Shown here in pieces: positions 63,422 to 64,000 of a stretch of DNA of 64,000 nucleotides; positions within the stretch are counted from its first letter, which is position 1; each line of letters begins with the position of its first letter. The notes beneath the pieces are model-generated. The model saw only the letters and a program-made list of their open reading frames with translations. It had not been told where the DNA came from and did not search any database. Position numbers and translations under genes: made by a program. The DNA is from a bacterium (lineage in GTDB: Bacteria > Patescibacteriota > Minisyncoccia > Phycocordibacterales > UBA2100): assembly GCA_016789445.1 (NCBI GenBank), contig JAEUQT010000003.1:82600-146599 (forward strand). Reading direction: 5' to 3'.

Positions 63422-64000
63422 CTACTTCCCGTCCTTGATCGCATTGAGTATCTTTTTCACTTCCTCCATCTTCGCGTCATCGATGACCGAAATCGCGATC
63501 ACGTTTGTGTTCTTTTTCTTGAGCTTCTTCAGCTGATCCTTGAGATCCGCTTCGGAGACCATGTCCATCTTCGAGAGGAAGAGCTGCTCCGGCTTATCCA
63601 GAAGCTCGGGATTGAACGCTTCGAGTTCTTTGCGGACGATGTCGTAGTCGCGCACCACATCATCGCTCTCCGCGGATACGAGATGGAAGATGCTCTTGGT
63701 GCGCTCGATGTGGCGGAGGAACTTGTCTCCCAACCCTTTTCCTTCCGAAGCGCCTTCGATAAGCCCCGGCACGTCGGCAAGAATCAAACCGTAGTAGGCA
63801 CCGAGGTGCGGCTCGAGCGTGGTGAACGCGTAATTGCCGATCTTCGAGTGCGCGCCGGTGAGTGCATTGAGGAGCGATGATTTCCCCGCATTCGGCAAGC
63901 CGATGAGTCCCACATCCGCGATCATCTTCAATTCCAAGCGGAATTCGAAGCTCTCGCCGGGCTTTCCTTCCTCCATGTTCATCGGCGTGGTGTTCGTCGA
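63422..64000 (-). CDS. obg: GTPase Obg (CgtA), C-terminal part only; N-terminus lies beyond the window end
   Basis: G1 box GLPNAGKSSLL; FTTL, DVPGLIEGA and FLRHIERT motifs. Confidence 0.9.
   Translation of the reverse strand, partial: STNTTPMNMEEGKPGESFEFRLELKMIADVGLIGLPNAGKSSLLNALTGAHSKIGNYAFTTLEPHLGAYYGLILADVPGLIEGASEGKGLGDKFLRHIERTKSIFHLVSAESDDVVRDYDIVRKELEAFNPELLDKPEQLFLSKMDMVSEADLKDQLKKLKKKNTNVIAISVIDDAKMEEVKKILNAIKDGK

Noticed and set aside
1-64000. Alternative genetic code (UGA recoded, as in some candidate-phylum bacteria)
   Set aside because: Conserved genes (uvrA, uvrB, tyrS, lysS, hsdR) end at TGA, TAA or TAG at the expected lengths under the standard code, and GC is high.

Overview
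This window is a high-GC bacterial chromosomal segment with short intergenic gaps, many strong hairpin plus T-tract terminators, and many small ORFs that each carry their own RBS and terminator. The core content is housekeeping and repair genes: uvrC (natively short, 419 aa), uvrA, murB, uvrB, tyrS, a lysS-DMT-msrA-zincin operon, a Fur-family regulator with YibE/F and MliC, a divergent ZIP transporter with a perfect 7-1-7 palindrome, msrB, two secreted glutaredoxin-like paralogs, an M29 aminopeptidase, an AI-2E transporter, a GH18 hydrolase, dgkA-PAP2, an MFS transporter, a TMEM175-like channel, purB, a TfoX-N protein, cyclophilin, trhO, SRPBCC paralogs, mgtC, an ECF sigma/anti-sigma/DUF5666/histidine-kinase cluster, an M50 protease, rluA and obg (cut by the window end). 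Two regions look accessory. (1) At 557..2615 an IS1595-family transposase sits in a roughly 2 kb unit bounded by 23-bp imperfect inverted repeats and 8-bp direct repeats (CTAGACGA); the unit also carries two translationally coupled small ORFs, a 500-bp structured non-coding stretch and a class II tRNA whose anticodon reads UGU. (2) A lower-GC island at about 36.9..51.1 kb holds a ParB-like protein, a four-repeat protein, a lone receiver domain, small membrane-protein operons, an SRA-like/zinc-ribbon protein, a DUF4258-like protein, dinJ-yafQ, a complete type I R-M system (hsdM-hsdS-hsdR) with a 3 x 12-bp tandem repeat in the hsdS spacer, and a NYN-domain protein. No CRISPR array, rRNA or reverse transcriptase was seen. 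Coordinates for features not in the ORF track (terminators, repeats, small ORFs) were counted by hand and may be off by 1-2 nt.
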